A stretch of 64,000 bases of DNA from positions 1 to 64,000 of IMG/VR virus record IMGVR_UViG_3300005439_000018; one strand, given 5' to 3'. The notes under the pieces were generated by a model, which was not told where the DNA came from, did not search any database, and worked only from the letters and a program-made list of their open reading frames with translations. Origin of the DNA: a virus. Lineage: Duplodnaviria; Caudoviricetes. This document shows positions 63,646 to 64,000 of this stretch, in pieces; the first letter of the stretch is position 1; each line of letters begins with the position of its first letter. The translations under genes were made by a program, and so were the position numbers.

Positions 63646-64000
63646 TGGCCACCCGCCGAGCGAACACCGACCTGGTTGCCGGTCTATGGCTGGCCAGCCT
63701 GCCCGGCCTGAGCGCCAGCATGGTCGGCACTGTCGTCCCCGAAGGCGCCGAGAAGAATCCGGACCTGATCGCCAGCGGGTTCGTCGAATACTTCACCGTG
63801 GGCGGCACCCCCGACATGTACGTGCCCGAGCGCCAGCCGGTGCTCCAGGTCAAGACCTACGGGTTCCCCGTCAAGACCGGCTCCCGGCGCCCGCAGCGGG
63901 CCCTGGCCAACGACCTGGCCGAGGCCATCGTGCACGCGTGCCAGGACCCGGCCAGCTTCAACGCCCGGCTGATCCTGCCCAACGACCGGTTCCCGGCCCG
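63645..64000 (+). CDS. Tail terminator-like protein (truncated by the window)
   Basis: Hand translation MATRRANTDLVAGLWLASLPGL...GTPDMYVP.RQPVLQVKTYG. Confidence 0.7.
   Translation, partial: MATRRANTDLVAGLWLASLPGLSASMVGTVVPEGAEKNPDLIASGFVEYFTVGGTPDMYVPERQPVLQVKTYGFPVKTGSRRPQRALANDLAEAIVHACQDPASFNARLILPNDRFPA

Noticed and set aside
1-64000. CRISPR array, integrase/att system, IS elements, rRNA
   Set aside because: No regularly spaced direct repeats with unique spacers, no recombinase or transposase motifs; the Cas4-like and DinG genes sit in a normal phage recombination/replication context
1-64000. Long overlapping or antisense ORFs in the track (e.g. 1182..3038, 9945..12428, 10417..12354, 13491..15944, 55243..57369, 57351..59627)
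   Set aside because: Shadow frames of GC-rich genes, Arg/Pro/Gly-rich with no motifs

Overview
High-GC tailed phage of an actinomycete (probably Streptomycetaceae; host is inferred), with no integrase, CRISPR or rRNA in the window. Left to right: glycosyltransferase/sugar-epimerase genes interrupted by an endonuclease VII-type homing endonuclease; holin-like genes; a recombination/replication module (Cas4-like exonuclease, AAA ATPase, SSB, primase-helicase, putative origin); a Ro60 (TROVE) gene preceded by an array of Y-RNA-like elements and tRNA-Asp; DinG helicase, RNase AS-like exonuclease and GH25 endolysin; a family A DNA polymerase with a PurZ-type 2-aminoadenine (Z-genome) gene cluster; many small accessory genes in repeated promoter/operator/hairpin cassettes; a tRNA-Met/tRNA-Asn region with unexplained structured RNA; terminase, portal, two tandem VIP2-like ADP-ribosyltransferases, MuF, scaffold, capsid and head-tail genes. 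Most notable observations: (1) purZ is broken inside its P-loop by a 7-nt insertion (GAA TTA C GAG) directly behind a LAGLIDADG endonuclease, which looks like a TTA-triggered ribosomal bypass cassette, and a second endonuclease is followed by a gene with an 8-nt insertion; (2) at least four tandem Y-RNA-like elements in front of Ro60; (3) a genome-wide TTGNC-N5-GNCAA operator on the -35 boxes plus a covarying AGGGG-pentaloop leader hairpin; (4) about 40 copies of a strand-polarised G-rich GGGGGTGGTG motif. All product calls come from motif recognition by eye; no database searches were run.
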